32,000 nucleotides of DNA from Alphaproteobacteria bacterium LSUCC0684 (GTDB taxonomy: Bacteria; Pseudomonadota; Alphaproteobacteria; Puniceispirillales; UBA1172). This document shows positions 17,930-27,919 of this stretch, one piece after another (positions within the stretch are counted from its first letter, which is position 1; every line of letters begins with the position of its first letter). A program made the translations under genes and the position numbers. The notes beneath the pieces were generated by a model, which searched no databases, was not told the origin of the DNA, and worked only from the letters and a program-made list of their open reading frames with translations. Location of the stretch: the NCBI GenBank assembly GCA_041228335.1, contig CP166130.1, forward strand, positions 674,638 to 706,637. The letters run 5' to 3'.

Positions 17930-18298
17930 ATGATTCAGATGCAAACTAATCTTGATGTTGCTGATAATTCCGGCGCGCGTCGGGTCCAGTGCATCAAGGT
18001 ACTTGGGGGAAGCGGCCGTAAAGTGGCTGCCGTGGGCGATATCATCGTCGTCTCCATCAAGGAAGCTATTCCGCGGGGGCGTGTGAAGAAAGGTGACGTG
18101 CATCGTGCCGTGATCGTTCGCACCGCAAGCGAGATCAAGCGTCCCGATGGAACGGTCATCCGTTTTGACCGTAACGCGGCGGTGCTTATCAACAATTCGA
18201 ATGAGCCGATCGGAACACGTATCTTCGGCCCGGTAACACGCGAATTGCGGTCACGCCGGTTCATGAAGATCATTTCCCTCGCGCCGGAGGTGCTGTAA
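17930..18298 (+). CDS. rplN: 50S ribosomal protein L14
   Basis: 122-aa ORF ([28 protein letters not shown]...). Confidence 0.98.
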   Translation: MIQMQTNLDVADNSGARRVQCIKVLGGSGRKVAAVGDIIVVSIKEAIPRGRVKKGDVHRAVIVRTASEIKRPDGTVIRFDRNAAVLINNSNEPIGTRIFGPVTRELRSRRFMKIISLAPEVL

Positions 18299-18615
18299 TG
18301 GCCCAGAAATTCAAAATCAAGAAAGGCGATCAGGTGGTCGTCATCACCGGTCGCGAAAAAGGCAAGACCGGTGAGGTGGTTGAAGTTCTTCGGTCTGAAA
18401 ACCGGGTTCTTGTCCAGGGCGTCAACATGGTGACCAAGCATGTTCGTGCCTCGCAGGCAGGACCGGGCGGGATCGAAAAGCGTGAAGCCCCGCTTCATAT
18501 TTCCAACGTCTCTCATATTGATCCCGATAACAGCAAGCCAACACGTGTCGGCTATGAGATCAAGGATGGGAAGAAAACCCGTATTGCCCGCCGTTCCGGC
18601 AAGGCAATCGGCTAA
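18298..18615 (+). CDS. rplX: 50S ribosomal protein L24
   Basis: 105-aa ORF (...[24 protein letters not shown]...). The start overlaps the rplN stop (TAATG). Confidence 0.96.
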   Translation: MAQKFKIKKGDQVVVITGREKGKTGEVVEVLRSENRVLVQGVNMVTKHVRASQAGPGGIEKREAPLHISNVSHIDPDNSKPTRVGYEIKDGKKTRIARRSGKAIG

Positions 18616-18631
18616 GTGCAAGGAAGCTGAG

Positions 18632-19174
18632 ATGAAAACGCGTCTAGAAGAACATTATACGACGGCTGTTCGACCAGCTATGATGGAAAAGTTCGGCTAC
18701 AAGAATTCAATGGAAGTGCCGAAACTGGTGAAAATCGTGATCAACATGGGTGTCGGCGAAGGTGTCCGCGACTCAAAGAAAGTTGATAGCGCTGCCCAGG
18801 AACTTTCCGCCATTACCGGTCAGAAGCCTGTTATCACCCGCGCCAAGAAGGCTGTTGCATCCTTCAAGCTGCGCGAAGGCATGCCGGTTGGCTGCAAGGT
18901 CACCCTGCGCCGCGAAAAGATGTATGAATTCATGGATCGCCTGGTGAACATTGCGCTGCCGCGTGTTCGTGACTTCCGTGGGTTGAACCCGAAGAGCTTT
19001 GATGGTCGCGGGAATTATTCCATGGGGCTCAAGGAGCAGATCGTCTTTCAGGAAGTCGATTACGACAAGGTCGAAAGCATCCGCGGCATGGATATCATTG
19101 TTGTAACAACAGCGAAAACGGATGACGAAGCCCGCGAACTGCTTCGTAACTTCCAGTTTCCGTTCACCAGCTAA
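18632..19174 (+). CDS. rplE: 50S ribosomal protein L5
   Basis: [43 protein letters not shown]... AAGGAAG lies 6 nt upstream. The ORF-track start at 18440 is an out-of-context extension that overlaps rplX. Confidence 0.97.
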   Translation: MKTRLEEHYTTAVRPAMMEKFGYKNSMEVPKLVKIVINMGVGEGVRDSKKVDSAAQELSAITGQKPVITRAKKAVASFKLREGMPVGCKVTLRREKMYEFMDRLVNIALPRVRDFRGLNPKSFDGRGNYSMGLKEQIVFQEVDYDKVESIRGMDIIVVTTAKTDDEARELLRNFQFPFTS

Positions 19175-19188
19175 GGCGAGGGAATACG

Positions 19189-19494
19189 ATGGCTAAGAAA
19201 AGCGCAATCGATAAGAACCTGAAACGTGCCAAGAAAGTCAGCAGCAACGCCTCCCGGCGTGCGCGTCTGAAGGCCCTGGTGATGGATCGCTCCCTTCCCA
19301 TTGAAGAGCGGTTTGATGCCAATCTGAAACTTGCCCAGATGCCACGTAACGGCGCCAAGACCCGTCTGCGTAACCGGTGTCAGGTAACCGGCCGTCCACG
19401 CGGCTATTACCGTAAACTGGGTATGTCCCGTATCGCACTCCGTGATCTGGCCTCATTTGGTCAGGTGCCCGGTGTTGTCAAGTCCAGCTGGTAA
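19189..19494 (+). CDS. rpsN: 30S ribosomal protein S14 (long form)
   Basis: 101-aa ORF ending ...[41 protein letters not shown]. Confidence 0.96.
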   Translation: MAKKSAIDKNLKRAKKVSSNASRRARLKALVMDRSLPIEERFDANLKLAQMPRNGAKTRLRNRCQVTGRPRGYYRKLGMSRIALRDLASFGQVPGVVKSSW

Positions 19495-19509
19495 GAGAGG
19501 AATAAAAAG

Positions 19510-19908
19510 ATGACAATGAGTGATCCTCTTGGTGATATGCTGACACGCATCCGTAACGGCCAGAGCGCCCGCAAGGATACCGTGGTCAGCCCGGCCTCCC
19601 GCTTTCGTTCAAATGTACTCGATGTGCTGAAACGTGAGGGATATATCCGTGATTATTCGAGCGTTGAAAAGCGCCCGGGTATTCATGAGCTGCAGATTCA
19701 GCTGAAATATCATGACGGCCTGCCTGTGATCTCCGAGATCAAGCGTGTATCGCGTCCAGGTCGCCGGGTATATTCGAAGATCAAGGATCTGAGCCGTGTC
19801 TATAATGGCCTTGGTATTGCCATTCTTTCAACACCTCGCGGGGTGATGTCTGACATTGAAGCTCGCGAAGCCAAGGTTGGCGGAGAAATTCTCTGCCACG
19901 TATTCTAG
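19510..19908 (+). CDS. rpsH: 30S ribosomal protein S8
   Basis: 132-aa ORF (MTMSDPLGDMLTRIRNGQSA...GGEILCHVF). Confidence 0.97.
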   Translation: MTMSDPLGDMLTRIRNGQSARKDTVVSPASRFRSNVLDVLKREGYIRDYSSVEKRPGIHELQIQLKYHDGLPVISEIKRVSRPGRRVYSKIKDLSRVYNGLGIAILSTPRGVMSDIEAREAKVGGEILCHVF

Positions 19909-19918
19909 GGAGGTCTTG

Positions 19919-20452
19919 ATGTCACGAGTTGGCGGAAGCCCCATTAAAATTCCACAAGGTGTCAGCCTGTCTCTCGCTGATGGCATGGTCTCGGCCAAGG
20001 GCAGCAATGGCGAGTTGGCCATGGCTCTGCCGCCATTGGTCGAGCTTTCGATTGGTGAAGAGGAAGCCGTGGTCAAGCCGATGCAGAACAGCAACAAGTC
20101 ACGCGCCCTCTGGGGAACCGCGCGGGCGCTGGTCAGCAATATGGTCCAGGGTGTTTCCGAAGGGTTCACCAAGAACCTGACCATCCATGGCGTTGGGTAT
20201 CGCGCCCAGATGCAGGGGACGAAACTTGTGCTCAATCTTGGTTACAGCCATCCGGTTGAGATGGAAGTACCATCTGAGATCAAATGCAGTGTTGAAAACA
20301 ACACCCAGGTCAAATTGTCGAGCCACGACAAGCAGATCCTCGGCCAGTTTGCTTCCGAAGTCCGGGCAAAGCGGCCACCTGAACCCTATAAGGGCAAGGG
20401 TGTTCGGTATGAGAACGAGCAGATTCTGCGCAAAGAAGGCAAGAAGAAGTAG
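19919..20452 (+). CDS. rplF: 50S ribosomal protein L6
   Basis: [19 protein letters not shown]... matches the L6 N-terminus, with GGGAGG upstream. The ORF-track start at 19856 overlaps the end of rpsH and is rejected. Confidence 0.96.
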   Translation: MSRVGGSPIKIPQGVSLSLADGMVSAKGSNGELAMALPPLVELSIGEEEAVVKPMQNSNKSRALWGTARALVSNMVQGVSEGFTKNLTIHGVGYRAQMQGTKLVLNLGYSHPVEMEVPSEIKCSVENNTQVKLSSHDKQILGQFASEVRAKRPPEPYKGKGVRYENEQILRKEGKKK

Positions 20453-20460
20453 AGGCACTG

Positions 20461-20823
20461 ATGTTTACTTCACGAGAACTATTTATCCGCCGCCGTCGCC
20501 GCAACCGCGCCAGCATCGCCAAACTTGGCGGGGGCAAGCCGCGTCTTTCGGTGCATCGGTCATCCAAGAACATCTATGCCCAGATCATTGATGATAAAAG
20601 CGGCGCCACGATCGCTTCCGCATCAAGCCTGGACAAGGATCTTCGTTCAACGATCAAGTCCGGTGCGAATATGGATGCCGCATCAACAATCGGCAAACTG
20701 GTTGCTGAACGCGCGATGAAACAGGGCATTTCCGATGTCGTTTTTGATCGTGGTGGCTTTATTTACCATGGCCGGGTCCGGGCGCTGGCGGAAGCCGCGC
20801 GCGAAGCCGGGCTGAAATTCTAG
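20461..20823 (+). CDS. rplR: 50S ribosomal protein L18
   Basis: 120-aa ORF (...[18 protein letters not shown]...[28 protein letters not shown]). Confidence 0.97.
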   Translation: MFTSRELFIRRRRRNRASIAKLGGGKPRLSVHRSSKNIYAQIIDDKSGATIASASSLDKDLRSTIKSGANMDAASTIGKLVAERAMKQGISDVVFDRGGFIYHGRVRALAEAAREAGLKF

Positions 20824-20832
20824 GAGATCTTC

Positions 20833-21414
20833 ATGGCACGTCAGGACAGACAAAATCGCGACACCACGCGTGAAGAACCGGAACTGATCGACAAGCTCGT
20901 CGGCATCAACCGTGTGGCCAAGGTGGTCAAGGGTGGTCGCCGCTTCGGCTTTGCCGCGCTGGTCGTGGTCGGTGATGCAAAGGGCCGTGTCGGCTTTGGT
21001 TCAGGCAAGGCACGTGAAGTGCCCGAAGCCATCCGCAAGGCAACCGAAAGCGCCAAGCGCAACATGATCCGGGTTCCTCTTCGCGATGGTCGCACGCTGC
21101 ATCATGACGTATCGGGGCATTATGGCGCCGGGCATGTCATCCTGCGGGCAGCGCCTTCGGGTACGGGTATCATTGCCGGTGGTCCGATGCGTGCCGTTTT
21201 TGAAACCCTTGGCATTCAGGACATTGTTGCCAAATCCATTGGTTCATCAAACCCGCATAACATGATCAAGGCAACCTTTGCGGCTCTTTCCCGTATCCAG
21301 GCTCCGCGTCAGGTCGCCGCGAAAAGAGGCAAGCGTGTCGGTGATATCCTTGGCAGCCGTAAAGGTGGCCAGAACACTGAAGAAACCCAGGCTGAAGAAG
21401 CCGTAGCAAACTAA
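20833..21414 (+). CDS. rpsE: 30S ribosomal protein S5
   Basis: 193-aa ORF (...[44 protein letters not shown]...). Confidence 0.97.
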   Translation: MARQDRQNRDTTREEPELIDKLVGINRVAKVVKGGRRFGFAALVVVGDAKGRVGFGSGKAREVPEAIRKATESAKRNMIRVPLRDGRTLHHDVSGHYGAGHVILRAAPSGTGIIAGGPMRAVFETLGIQDIVAKSIGSSNPHNMIKATFAALSRIQAPRQVAAKRGKRVGDILGSRKGGQNTEETQAEEAVAN

Positions 21415-21426
21415 GAGGGAACAGGG

Positions 21427-21618
21427 ATGGCAGCGAAAGCAACAGTGCGAGTGACCCAAACCGGAAGCCCGATCGGCCGCAAGGCAGATCAGCGGGCAAC
21501 CCTTATCGGTCTTGGTCTCAACAAGATCGGTCGTACCCGGGAACTCGAGGACACCCCGTCGGTTCGTGGCATGATCAACAAGGTAGCTCACCTTGTGCGT
21601 GTCGAAGACAGCGAATAA
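21427..21618 (+). CDS. rpmD: 50S ribosomal protein L30
   Basis: 63-aa ORF (...[44 protein letters not shown]...). Confidence 0.95.
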   Translation: MAAKATVRVTQTGSPIGRKADQRATLIGLGLNKIGRTRELEDTPSVRGMINKVAHLVRVEDSE

Positions 21619-21636
21619 GTGCCCCGGAGATAAAAG

Positions 21637-22125
21637 ATGAAACTCAACGAAATCAGAGATAACAATGGCGCTCGCGCCAACCGTAAGCGTGTTGGACGTG
21701 GTATCGGTTCAGGCACAGGCAAAACGTCCGGTTCCGGTCATAAAGGCCAGAAGGCACGTTCCGGTGTTTCCATTAACGGCTTTGAAGGCGGGCAGATGCC
21801 CATTCACCGCCGTCTGCCAAAGCGCGGTTTCAACAACGTATTCCGCAAGCAGTATGTAGTGGTCAATGTCGGCCTGATACAAGGGGCGATCGATGCCGGG
21901 CGTATCGATGCCAAGAAAATGATCAATGCCGACGCGCTCAAGTCTGCAGGTATTGTCAGCAAGGCCAAAGACGGGATCCGTCTTCTTGCCAATGGTGAGA
22001 TCAAGGCAAAGGTCACCCTTGAGGTTGCGGGCGCATCTGCTGCTGCCATTGCGGCGGTAGAAAAGGCTGGCGGATCGGTAACGGTGGTTGCCGCCAAGGC
22101 TGATACAAACAAGGACGCTGAATAA
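21637..22125 (+). CDS. rplO: 50S ribosomal protein L15
   Basis: 162-aa ORF ([12 protein letters not shown]...[26 protein letters not shown]...). Confidence 0.97.
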   Translation: MKLNEIRDNNGARANRKRVGRGIGSGTGKTSGSGHKGQKARSGVSINGFEGGQMPIHRRLPKRGFNNVFRKQYVVVNVGLIQGAIDAGRIDAKKMINADALKSAGIVSKAKDGIRLLANGEIKAKVTLEVAGASAAAIAAVEKAGGSVTVVAAKADTNKDAE

Positions 22126-22127
22126 AC

Positions 22128-23465
22128 ATGGCTCGTTCCCCGGAAAGAATGGCGCCTGGTATGGGGCTCGAGGCTTTTGCAAAGGCCTCGGACCTGAAAC
22201 AGCGTATTCTTTTCACCTTAGGTGCGCTCATTATCTATCGCCTCGGGACATATATTCCTGTTCCGGGGATTGATCCGACCGCCCTTGCCCAAATCTTTTC
22301 CCGTAATTCGAGCGGTATTCTGGGCATGTTCGACATGTTCTCAGGTGGATCGCTTGGGCGGATGACGATCTTTGCGCTGACCATCATGCCGTATATTACG
22401 GCTTCGATCATCATGCAGTTGATGACCGCTATCGTGCCATCGCTCGAAACCCTCAAGAAAGAAGGGGAGGCTGGGCGCAAGACCATCAACCAGTATACGC
22501 GATATCTCACGGTGGTGCTGGCGACGGTGCAGGGCTATGGTATTGCCGTCGGCCTTGAATCCGCATCCGGTGTCGTGATTGACCCGGGGCTTTTCTTCCG
22601 TATCACAACGGTGGTCACGCTTGTTGGTGGCACGCTCTTTCTCATGTGGCTTGGTGAGCAGATAACCGCCCGCGGTGTCGGGAACGGAATTTCGCTTATC
22701 ATCTTCTCCGGTATTGTTGCCAATCTGCCCGTCGCGATTGCCGGTACGTTTGAGCTTGGCCGCACCGGAGCGTTGTCGCCGCTGCTGATCCTGTTCTTCA
22801 TGGTCATGGCGATCGGGGTGATTGCGCTCATCGTCTTCATTGAACGTTCGCTTCGCCGGATTCTTATCCAGTATCCGAAGCGCCAGATGGGCAATAAAAT
22901 GTTCGGTGGCGAGGCATCGCATCTGCCGCTGAAGATCAATGTGCCCGGCGTTATTCCGCCGATCTTTGCCTCATCTCTTCTGCTGATGCCGGTATCCATC
23001 ATCAATCTGACCTCTGGCTCGGATGGGGGTGCGGGATGGCTGGTGACGCTGAACGCCATGCTTGGTCGCGGCCAGCCGCTCTATCTGGCGGTCTATATCG
23101 GCCTGATTGTCTTCTTTGCGTTTTTCTACACCGCAATTGTATTCAATCCGCAGGATACATCAGAAAATCTGCGCCGCTACGGCGGCTATATCCCCGGTAT
23201 CCGGCCAGGTCAGGCGACGGCCGATTACCTCGATTATGTGCTGACCCGGCTTACGGTGCTTGGCGCGGCATATCTTTCAGCGGTCTGTATCCTGCCGGAG
23301 CTGCTGATCAGCCAGTACAGCGTGCCATTTTATTTCGGTGGTACCAGCCTTCTGATCGTGGTGACGGTGACGCTGGATACGGTAACGCAGGTCCAGTCAC
23401 ATCTCATGGCTCACCAATATGAAGGGCTGGTGAAAAAATCCAACCTGCGGGGGAGGAAGCGTTGA
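22128..23465 (+). CDS. secY: Preprotein translocase subunit SecY
   Basis: 445-aa polytopic membrane ORF (...LKQRILFTLGALIIYRLGTYIPVPGID...GISLIIFSGIV...). The exact start is uncertain; in-frame ATGs also occur at 22149 and 22161. Confidence 0.96.
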   Translation: MARSPERMAPGMGLEAFAKASDLKQRILFTLGALIIYRLGTYIPVPGIDPTALAQIFSRNSSGILGMFDMFSGGSLGRMTIFALTIMPYITASIIMQLMTAIVPSLETLKKEGEAGRKTINQYTRYLTVVLATVQGYGIAVGLESASGVVIDPGLFFRITTVVTLVGGTLFLMWLGEQITARGVGNGISLIIFSGIVANLPVAIAGTFELGRTGALSPLLILFFMVMAIGVIALIVFIERSLRRILIQYPKRQMGNKMFGGEASHLPLKINVPGVIPPIFASSLLLMPVSIINLTSGSDGGAGWLVTLNAMLGRGQPLYLAVYIGLIVFFAFFYTAIVFNPQDTSENLRRYGGYIPGIRPGQATADYLDYVLTRLTVLGAAYLSAVCILPELLISQYSVPFYFGGTSLLIVVTVTLDTVTQVQSHLMAHQYEGLVKKSNLRGRKR

Positions 23466-24040
23466 ATATCATCCTTCTTGGACCTCCAGGTGCAGGCAAG
23501 GGCACCCAGTCCGAACGGCTGGTTGCCGAACATGGTTTTGTGCAGCTTTCCACGGGTGACATGCTCCGTCAGGCTATTGCCGACGGCACGGAACTCGGGC
23601 TCAAGGCAAAGGCGATCATGGACGCAGGTGATCTTGTCGCCGATGATATCATCCTTGGCATGATCAGGGAGCGGCTTGAAAGCCCGGATTGTTCAAAGGG
23701 TGTAATCCTTGATGGTTTCCCGCGCACCATTGCCCAGGCCGAAGGTCTGGATGCGATGCTTGGCGAGATGGGCCTTAAAATTGATCATGTGATTGAGATC
23801 AGGGTGGATGAAGATGCGCTGGTCAAGCGGATCGAGACCCGGGCTCAGGAAAGCGGCGGCGCACGCAGCGATGACAGTGCCGAAGTGCTTGCCAAAAGAC
23901 TGAAGGTTTATCACGAAAGCACGGCACCGATTCTGCCGTATTATCGTGAATACGGGAATATGAGTGTTGTTGACGGCATGCAACCGATTGAACGCGTGGC
24001 GTCAGCTATTGGTGAAATTCTGGGAGGTCAGCAGAACTGA
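23462..24040 (+). CDS. adk: Adenylate kinase (short-LID type)
   Basis: Begins with a TTG start codon and reads (M)NIILLGPPGAGKGTQ..., matching the Adk N-terminus. The TTG overlaps the secY stop by 4 nt. At 192 aa there is no Cys4 or long LID insert. Confidence 0.95.
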   Translation: MNIILLGPPGAGKGTQSERLVAEHGFVQLSTGDMLRQAIADGTELGLKAKAIMDAGDLVADDIILGMIRERLESPDCSKGVILDGFPRTIAQAEGLDAMLGEMGLKIDHVIEIRVDEDALVKRIETRAQESGGARSDDSAEVLAKRLKVYHESTAPILPYYREYGNMSVVDGMQPIERVASAIGEILGGQQN

Positions 24041-24044
24041 CCGG

Positions 24045-24072
24045 TTGACTGGACGAATGCGCGCATTATAAT
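24045..24072 (+). promoter_or_regulatory. Near-consensus sigma70 promoter for rpsM-rpsK-rpoA-rplQ (TTGACT-16 nt-TATAAT)
   Basis: TTGACT at 24045-24050 and TATAAT at 24067-24072 with a 16-nt spacer. It begins 5 nt after the adk stop and lies ~75 nt upstream of the rpsM start. Confidence 0.75.
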
Positions 24073-24146
24073 TCGCTTTCCCATTGTGGAGTGGAATATT
24101 CTTCAAGCGGGCACTCGGAAAAGTCGTAGTGAAAGAGGAGAGGGCA

Positions 24147-24515
24147 GTGGCTCGTATCGCTGGTGTCAACATACCGACCAAGAAAAGGGTGAAAATTGCC
24201 CTGACCTATATTCATGGCATTGGCCCGACGTCGGCCAGCAAGATCTGTGAACGTGCAGGCCTGACCGATGAGCGTCGCGTCAACGATCTCACCGAGGATG
24301 AACTGACAAAGATCCGGGATATCATCGATGCCGACTATCTTGTCGAAGGTGATCTGCGCCGGAAGAACTCGATGGCCATCAAGCGATATCTTGATCTCGG
24401 CTGTCTGCGTGGTCTTCGCCATCGCCGCAATCTGCCGGTTCGCGGCCAGCGCACCCACACCAATGCCCGCACCCGCAAAGGCCCGGCCAAGGCCATTGCT
24501 GGTAAGAAGAAATAA
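24147..24515 (+). CDS. rpsM: 30S ribosomal protein S13
   Basis: GTG start giving (M)[25 protein letters not shown]..., the canonical S13 N-terminus, with GAAAGAGGAGAGG directly upstream. The ORF-track start at 24084 is rejected. Confidence 0.96.
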   Translation: MARIAGVNIPTKKRVKIALTYIHGIGPTSASKICERAGLTDERRVNDLTEDELTKIRDIIDADYLVEGDLRRKNSMAIKRYLDLGCLRGLRHRRNLPVRGQRTHTNARTRKGPAKAIAGKKK

Positions 24516-24539
24516 TCCGGATCGTCCAGGAGAGTATTT

Positions 24540-24935
24540 ATGGCAAAACAGCCCTCACAAGCACGTGTCCGCCGCCGCGAGAAAAAGAACATCAGCAACG
24601 GTGTTGCGCATGTCAACGCGTCGTTCAACAACACCAAGATCACGATCACCGATGTTCAGGGTAACGCAATTTCCTGGTCTTCCGCAGGTGGGATGGGATT
24701 CAAGGGGTCACGGAAATCCACCCCCTATGCCGCACAGCTGGCCGCTGAAGATGCGGGCCGGAAGGCGATCGAGCATGGCATGAAAACCCTTGATGTTCAG
24801 GTGCGTGGACCTGGTACGGGTCGTGAAAGTGCATTGCGTGCGCTCCAGTCGGTCGGGTTCAACATCACCTCGATCCGTGACGTTACGCCAATCCCGCATA
24901 ACGGCTGTCGTCCGCGCAAGCGCCGCCGGGTCTGA
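24540..24935 (+). CDS. rpsK: 30S ribosomal protein S11
   Basis: 131-aa ORF (...[46 protein letters not shown]...). Confidence 0.97.
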   Translation: MAKQPSQARVRRREKKNISNGVAHVNASFNNTKITITDVQGNAISWSSAGGMGFKGSRKSTPYAAQLAAEDAGRKAIEHGMKTLDVQVRGPGTGRESALRALQSVGFNITSIRDVTPIPHNGCRPRKRRRV

Positions 24936-25009
24936 TCGGATTTGCTATTACCGGTTTGTCCGGCCACTGCCCTTGAATGGGCGGATATATTATTGAAGGA
25001 TACATCGCC

Positions 25010-26026
25010 ATGATTGAAAAGAATTGGCAGGAACTGAAAAAGCCTGAAAACAAAACGGTCAAATCTTCGGATGAAAACCCAAACAAGGCCTCGATCACGG
25101 TTGAACCGTTCGAGCGTGGCTTTGGCGTTACCGTTGGCAACGCGCTGCGTCGTGTCCTTTTGTCGTCGCTTCAGGGTGCAGCGATCACATCGGTGCAGAT
25201 CCAGGGCGTCTTGCATGAATTCTCATCTATTCCGGGTGTTCGCGAAGATGTCACCGATATGGTGCTGAATATCAAGGGTGTTGCGGTGAAGATGACCGTT
25301 GAAGGCCCGAAGCGCCTGCGTCTCTCAGCCGAAGGCCCATGCACGGTTACCGCCGGGATGATCAATCTGGTCAATGGTGTTGAAATCATGAACCCGGATC
25401 ATGTGATCTGTACCCTTGATCAGGGCGCTACCCTTAATGTCGAGTTGACCGTGGAAACCGGCAGCGGCTATGTGCCGGCAAGTTCAGCCCGGACTGAAGA
25501 CTCGCCCATCGGGCTTATTCCGGTTGATGCGATTTACTCGCCGATCCGCCAGGTTGCCTATAAGGTGGAAAATACCCGTGTCGGCCAGCGGACTGATTTC
25601 GACAAATTGATCCTCACCCTTGAGACGGACGGGTCGGTTCTTCCCGAAGATGCGGTTGCCTTTGCGGCCCGTATTCTTCAGGATCAGCTCCAGCCGATGA
25701 TCAATTTCGAAGAGCCTTCAGTAACGACTGCGGCCGATGATGCGGATGACATTCCGTTCAATCGCAACCTCTTGAAAAAGGTGGATGAGCTGGAGCTTTC
25801 CGTCCGCTCGGCAAACTGCCTGAAGAACGACAACATTGTCTATATCGGTGATCTTGTGCAGAAAACCGAGCCGGAAATGCTCCGGACTCCGAATTTTGGC
25901 CGCAAGTCGCTGAATGAAATCAAGGAAGTGCTGAGAACGATGAGTCTCGAACTCGGCATGGATGTCCCTAACTGGCCACCTGAAAATATTGAAGAAATGG
26001 CCAAGCGTCTGGATGAGCCTTTCTAA
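25010..26026 (+). CDS. rpoA: DNA-directed RNA polymerase alpha subunit
   Basis: [13 protein letters not shown]... matches the alpha N-terminus, with AAGGA 9 nt upstream. Also has [11 protein letters not shown] and the C-terminal-domain sequence [23 protein letters not shown]. The ORF-track start at 24977 is rejected. Confidence 0.97.
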   Translation: MIEKNWQELKKPENKTVKSSDENPNKASITVEPFERGFGVTVGNALRRVLLSSLQGAAITSVQIQGVLHEFSSIPGVREDVTDMVLNIKGVAVKMTVEGPKRLRLSAEGPCTVTAGMINLVNGVEIMNPDHVICTLDQGATLNVELTVETGSGYVPASSARTEDSPIGLIPVDAIYSPIRQVAYKVENTRVGQRTDFDKLILTLETDGSVLPEDAVAFAARILQDQLQPMINFEEPSVTTAADDADDIPFNRNLLKKVDELELSVRSANCLKNDNIVYIGDLVQKTEPEMLRTPNFGRKSLNEIKEVLRTMSLELGMDVPNWPPENIEEMAKRLDEPF

Positions 26027-26049
26027 GGCCGGACCAGAAGGAGAGAAAA

Positions 26050-26478
26050 ATGCGTCATCGTATGTCAGGTCGCAAACTTAACCGCACCTCCCAGCATCGC
26101 CAGATGCTGTTCCGCAACATGTCACAGGCTCTGATCAAGCATGAACAGATTGTGACAACGCTGCCGAAAGCAAAAGAGCTGCGTCCGGTTGTCGAACGTC
26201 TTATTACCCTGGCCAAGCGTGGTGATCTCCACGCTCGCCGTCTGGCTTTTGCCCGCTTGCGTGACAATGCCATGGTTACCAAGCTTTTTGATGTGCTTGG
26301 CCCACGTTATGAAGAGCGTCAGGGCGGCTATATCAGAATAATCAAGGCTGGCTACCGTTACGGTGACAGCGCGGCCATGGCGGTGATCGAATTCGTCGAT
26401 CGTGATGAAGATGCACGGGGACAGGATTCAGGCCCGGTCATGGTTGACGAGGATACCGCTGCTGAAGCTGTTGCCTGA
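26050..26478 (+). CDS. rplQ: 50S ribosomal protein L17
   Basis: 142-aa ORF ([24 protein letters not shown]...[24 protein letters not shown]). Confidence 0.97.
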   Translation: MRHRMSGRKLNRTSQHRQMLFRNMSQALIKHEQIVTTLPKAKELRPVVERLITLAKRGDLHARRLAFARLRDNAMVTKLFDVLGPRYEERQGGYIRIIKAGYRYGDSAAMAVIEFVDRDEDARGQDSGPVMVDEDTAAEAVA

Positions 26479-26505
26479 GGCTGAAAGAAGATATCAATTG
26501 AAACG

Positions 26506-26530
26506 AGGCCGGCTTGCCGGCCTTTTTTCT
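26506..26530 (+). terminator. Rho-independent terminator after rplQ
   Basis: AGGCCGG (26506-26512), loop CTTG, CCGGCCT (26517-26523), running into TTTTTT (26523-26528). It begins 27 nt after the rplQ stop. Confidence 0.88.
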
Positions 26531-26558
26531 TGGCAGCAGGGCTTGCGGGCGGTATCGC
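26530..26558 (+). promoter_or_regulatory. Weak candidate promoter for rarA (TTGGCA-17 nt-TATCGC)
   Basis: TTGGCA at 26530-26535, a 17-nt spacer, then TATCGC at 26553-26558. The -10 lacks the conserved final T. Position and sequence match only. Confidence 0.25.
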
Positions 26559-26596
26559 ATCATGGCATTGCGGCCGGAACCATGGAATAATACGGC

Positions 26597-27919
26597 ATGA
26601 GTGGATCAACACTATTCGAGGACAGCCGCCAGAAGCCACTGGCCGAGACACTTCGGCCGATGCGGCTTGATGAGGTGGCAGGACAGGATCATCTTATCGG
26701 ACCTGAAGGCAGGCTGACCCGGATGCTGGATGCTGCCGCCAGTGGCCGGACAATGCCATCGCTTATTTTCTGGGGGCCGCCCGGCACGGGAAAGACCACA
26801 ATCGCGCGGTTGCTGGCGGATCGGGCGCAACTGGCTTTTGAACCGGTCTCGGCGGTGTTTGATGGGGTGGCTGAATTGCGCAAGGTCTTTGCCCGGGCGG
26901 ATGAACGCGGCGCACTGGGGCAGGGAACGCTGCTCTTTGTCGATGAAGTCCACCGGTTCAATAAAGCCCAGCAAGACGGCCTTCTGCCCCATGTTGAGGA
27001 TGGCAGGGTGGTGCTGGTCGGGGCGACAACCGAAAACCCGAGCTTTGCCCTCAATGGGGCGTTGCTGTCGCGGTGCCAGGTGCTGGTGCTCAACCGGCTT
27101 GATGATGCGGCGCTCGGCCAGCTGATCGGGCGTGCGGAAACCGCAACAGGACGTAAGCTTGGCCTGACCGACGATGCACGCGAAGCGCTCAAGGCCATGG
27201 CGGACGGTGATGGCCGGTATATGCTCAATATGATCGAGACGATCTTCAATGTTCAGGATGAAAATGCCGCACCTCTTGACCCCGAAGCGCTGGCTGGAGT
27301 CCTGTCACGACGTTCCATGGCGTTTGACCGGGCCGGTGACCATCATTACAACCTCATGTCGGCGCTGCATAAATCCCTCCGGTCATCCGATGCCGATGCG
27401 GCGCTTTACTGGCTTGCAAGGATGCTGATCGGGGGGGAGGATGCCCGATATATCCTGAGGCGGCTGACCCGGTTTGCATCCGAAGATATCGGTCTTGCCG
27501 AACCCGAAGCGCTCAGCCATGCGATTTCGGCATGGCAATCCTATGAACGGCTGGGGTCGCCGGAAGGTGAGCTTGCGGTGGCGTCGCTGGTGCTCTATCT
27601 CGCCACGGCCCCGAAATCAAACGCGGTCTATGTTGCGTTCAAGGAAGCCATGCGGAAGGCCCGGGAAACAGGCTCGCTCATGCCGCCTCAACATATTCTG
27701 AATGCACCTACCGGGCTGATGAAAGAGCTCGGCTATGGCAGCGGGTATGTCTATGACCACGATACCGAAGACGGATTCTCAGGGCAGAACTGTTTCCCCG
27801 ATGATCTTCCGCGTACCCGTTTCTATCATCCGGTGGAGCGTGGATTTGAACGGGAAATCCAGAAACGGCTCGACTGGTGGCAGAAAAAACGTGAAGAAAA
27901 GACCCGGCAGGAAAGCTGA
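26597..27919 (+). CDS. rarA: Replication-associated recombination protein A (AAA+ ATPase RarA/MgsA)
   Basis: 440-aa ORF with Walker A (GPPGTGKTT), Walker B (LLFVDEVHRFNK), and the family N-terminus PLAETLRPMRLDEVAGQDHLIG plus the C-terminal MgsA-type helical domain (HYNLMSALHKSLRSSDADAALYWLARM). Confidence 0.95.
   Translation: MSGSTLFEDSRQKPLAETLRPMRLDEVAGQDHLIGPEGRLTRMLDAAASGRTMPSLIFWGPPGTGKTTIARLLADRAQLAFEPVSAVFDGVAELRKVFARADERGALGQGTLLFVDEVHRFNKAQQDGLLPHVEDGRVVLVGATTENPSFALNGALLSRCQVLVLNRLDDAALGQLIGRAETATGRKLGLTDDAREALKAMADGDGRYMLNMIETIFNVQDENAAPLDPEALAGVLSRRSMAFDRAGDHHYNLMSALHKSLRSSDADAALYWLARMLIGGEDARYILRRLTRFASEDIGLAEPEALSHAISAWQSYERLGSPEGELAVASLVLYLATAPKSNAVYVAFKEAMRKARETGSLMPPQHILNAPTGLMKELGYGSGYVYDHDTEDGFSGQNCFPDDLPRTRFYHPVERGFEREIQKRLDWWQKKREEKTRQES

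Noticed and set aside
24936-25009. Internal promoter or lost rpsD remnant in the 74-nt rpsK-rpoA spacer
   Set aside because: TTGAAT and TATATT hexamers are present but at the wrong spacing (6 nt). No S4-like coding remnant appears in any frame. Absence of rpsD here, and of rpmJ and infA after secY, is the usual alphaproteobacterial arrangement rather than a deletion event.
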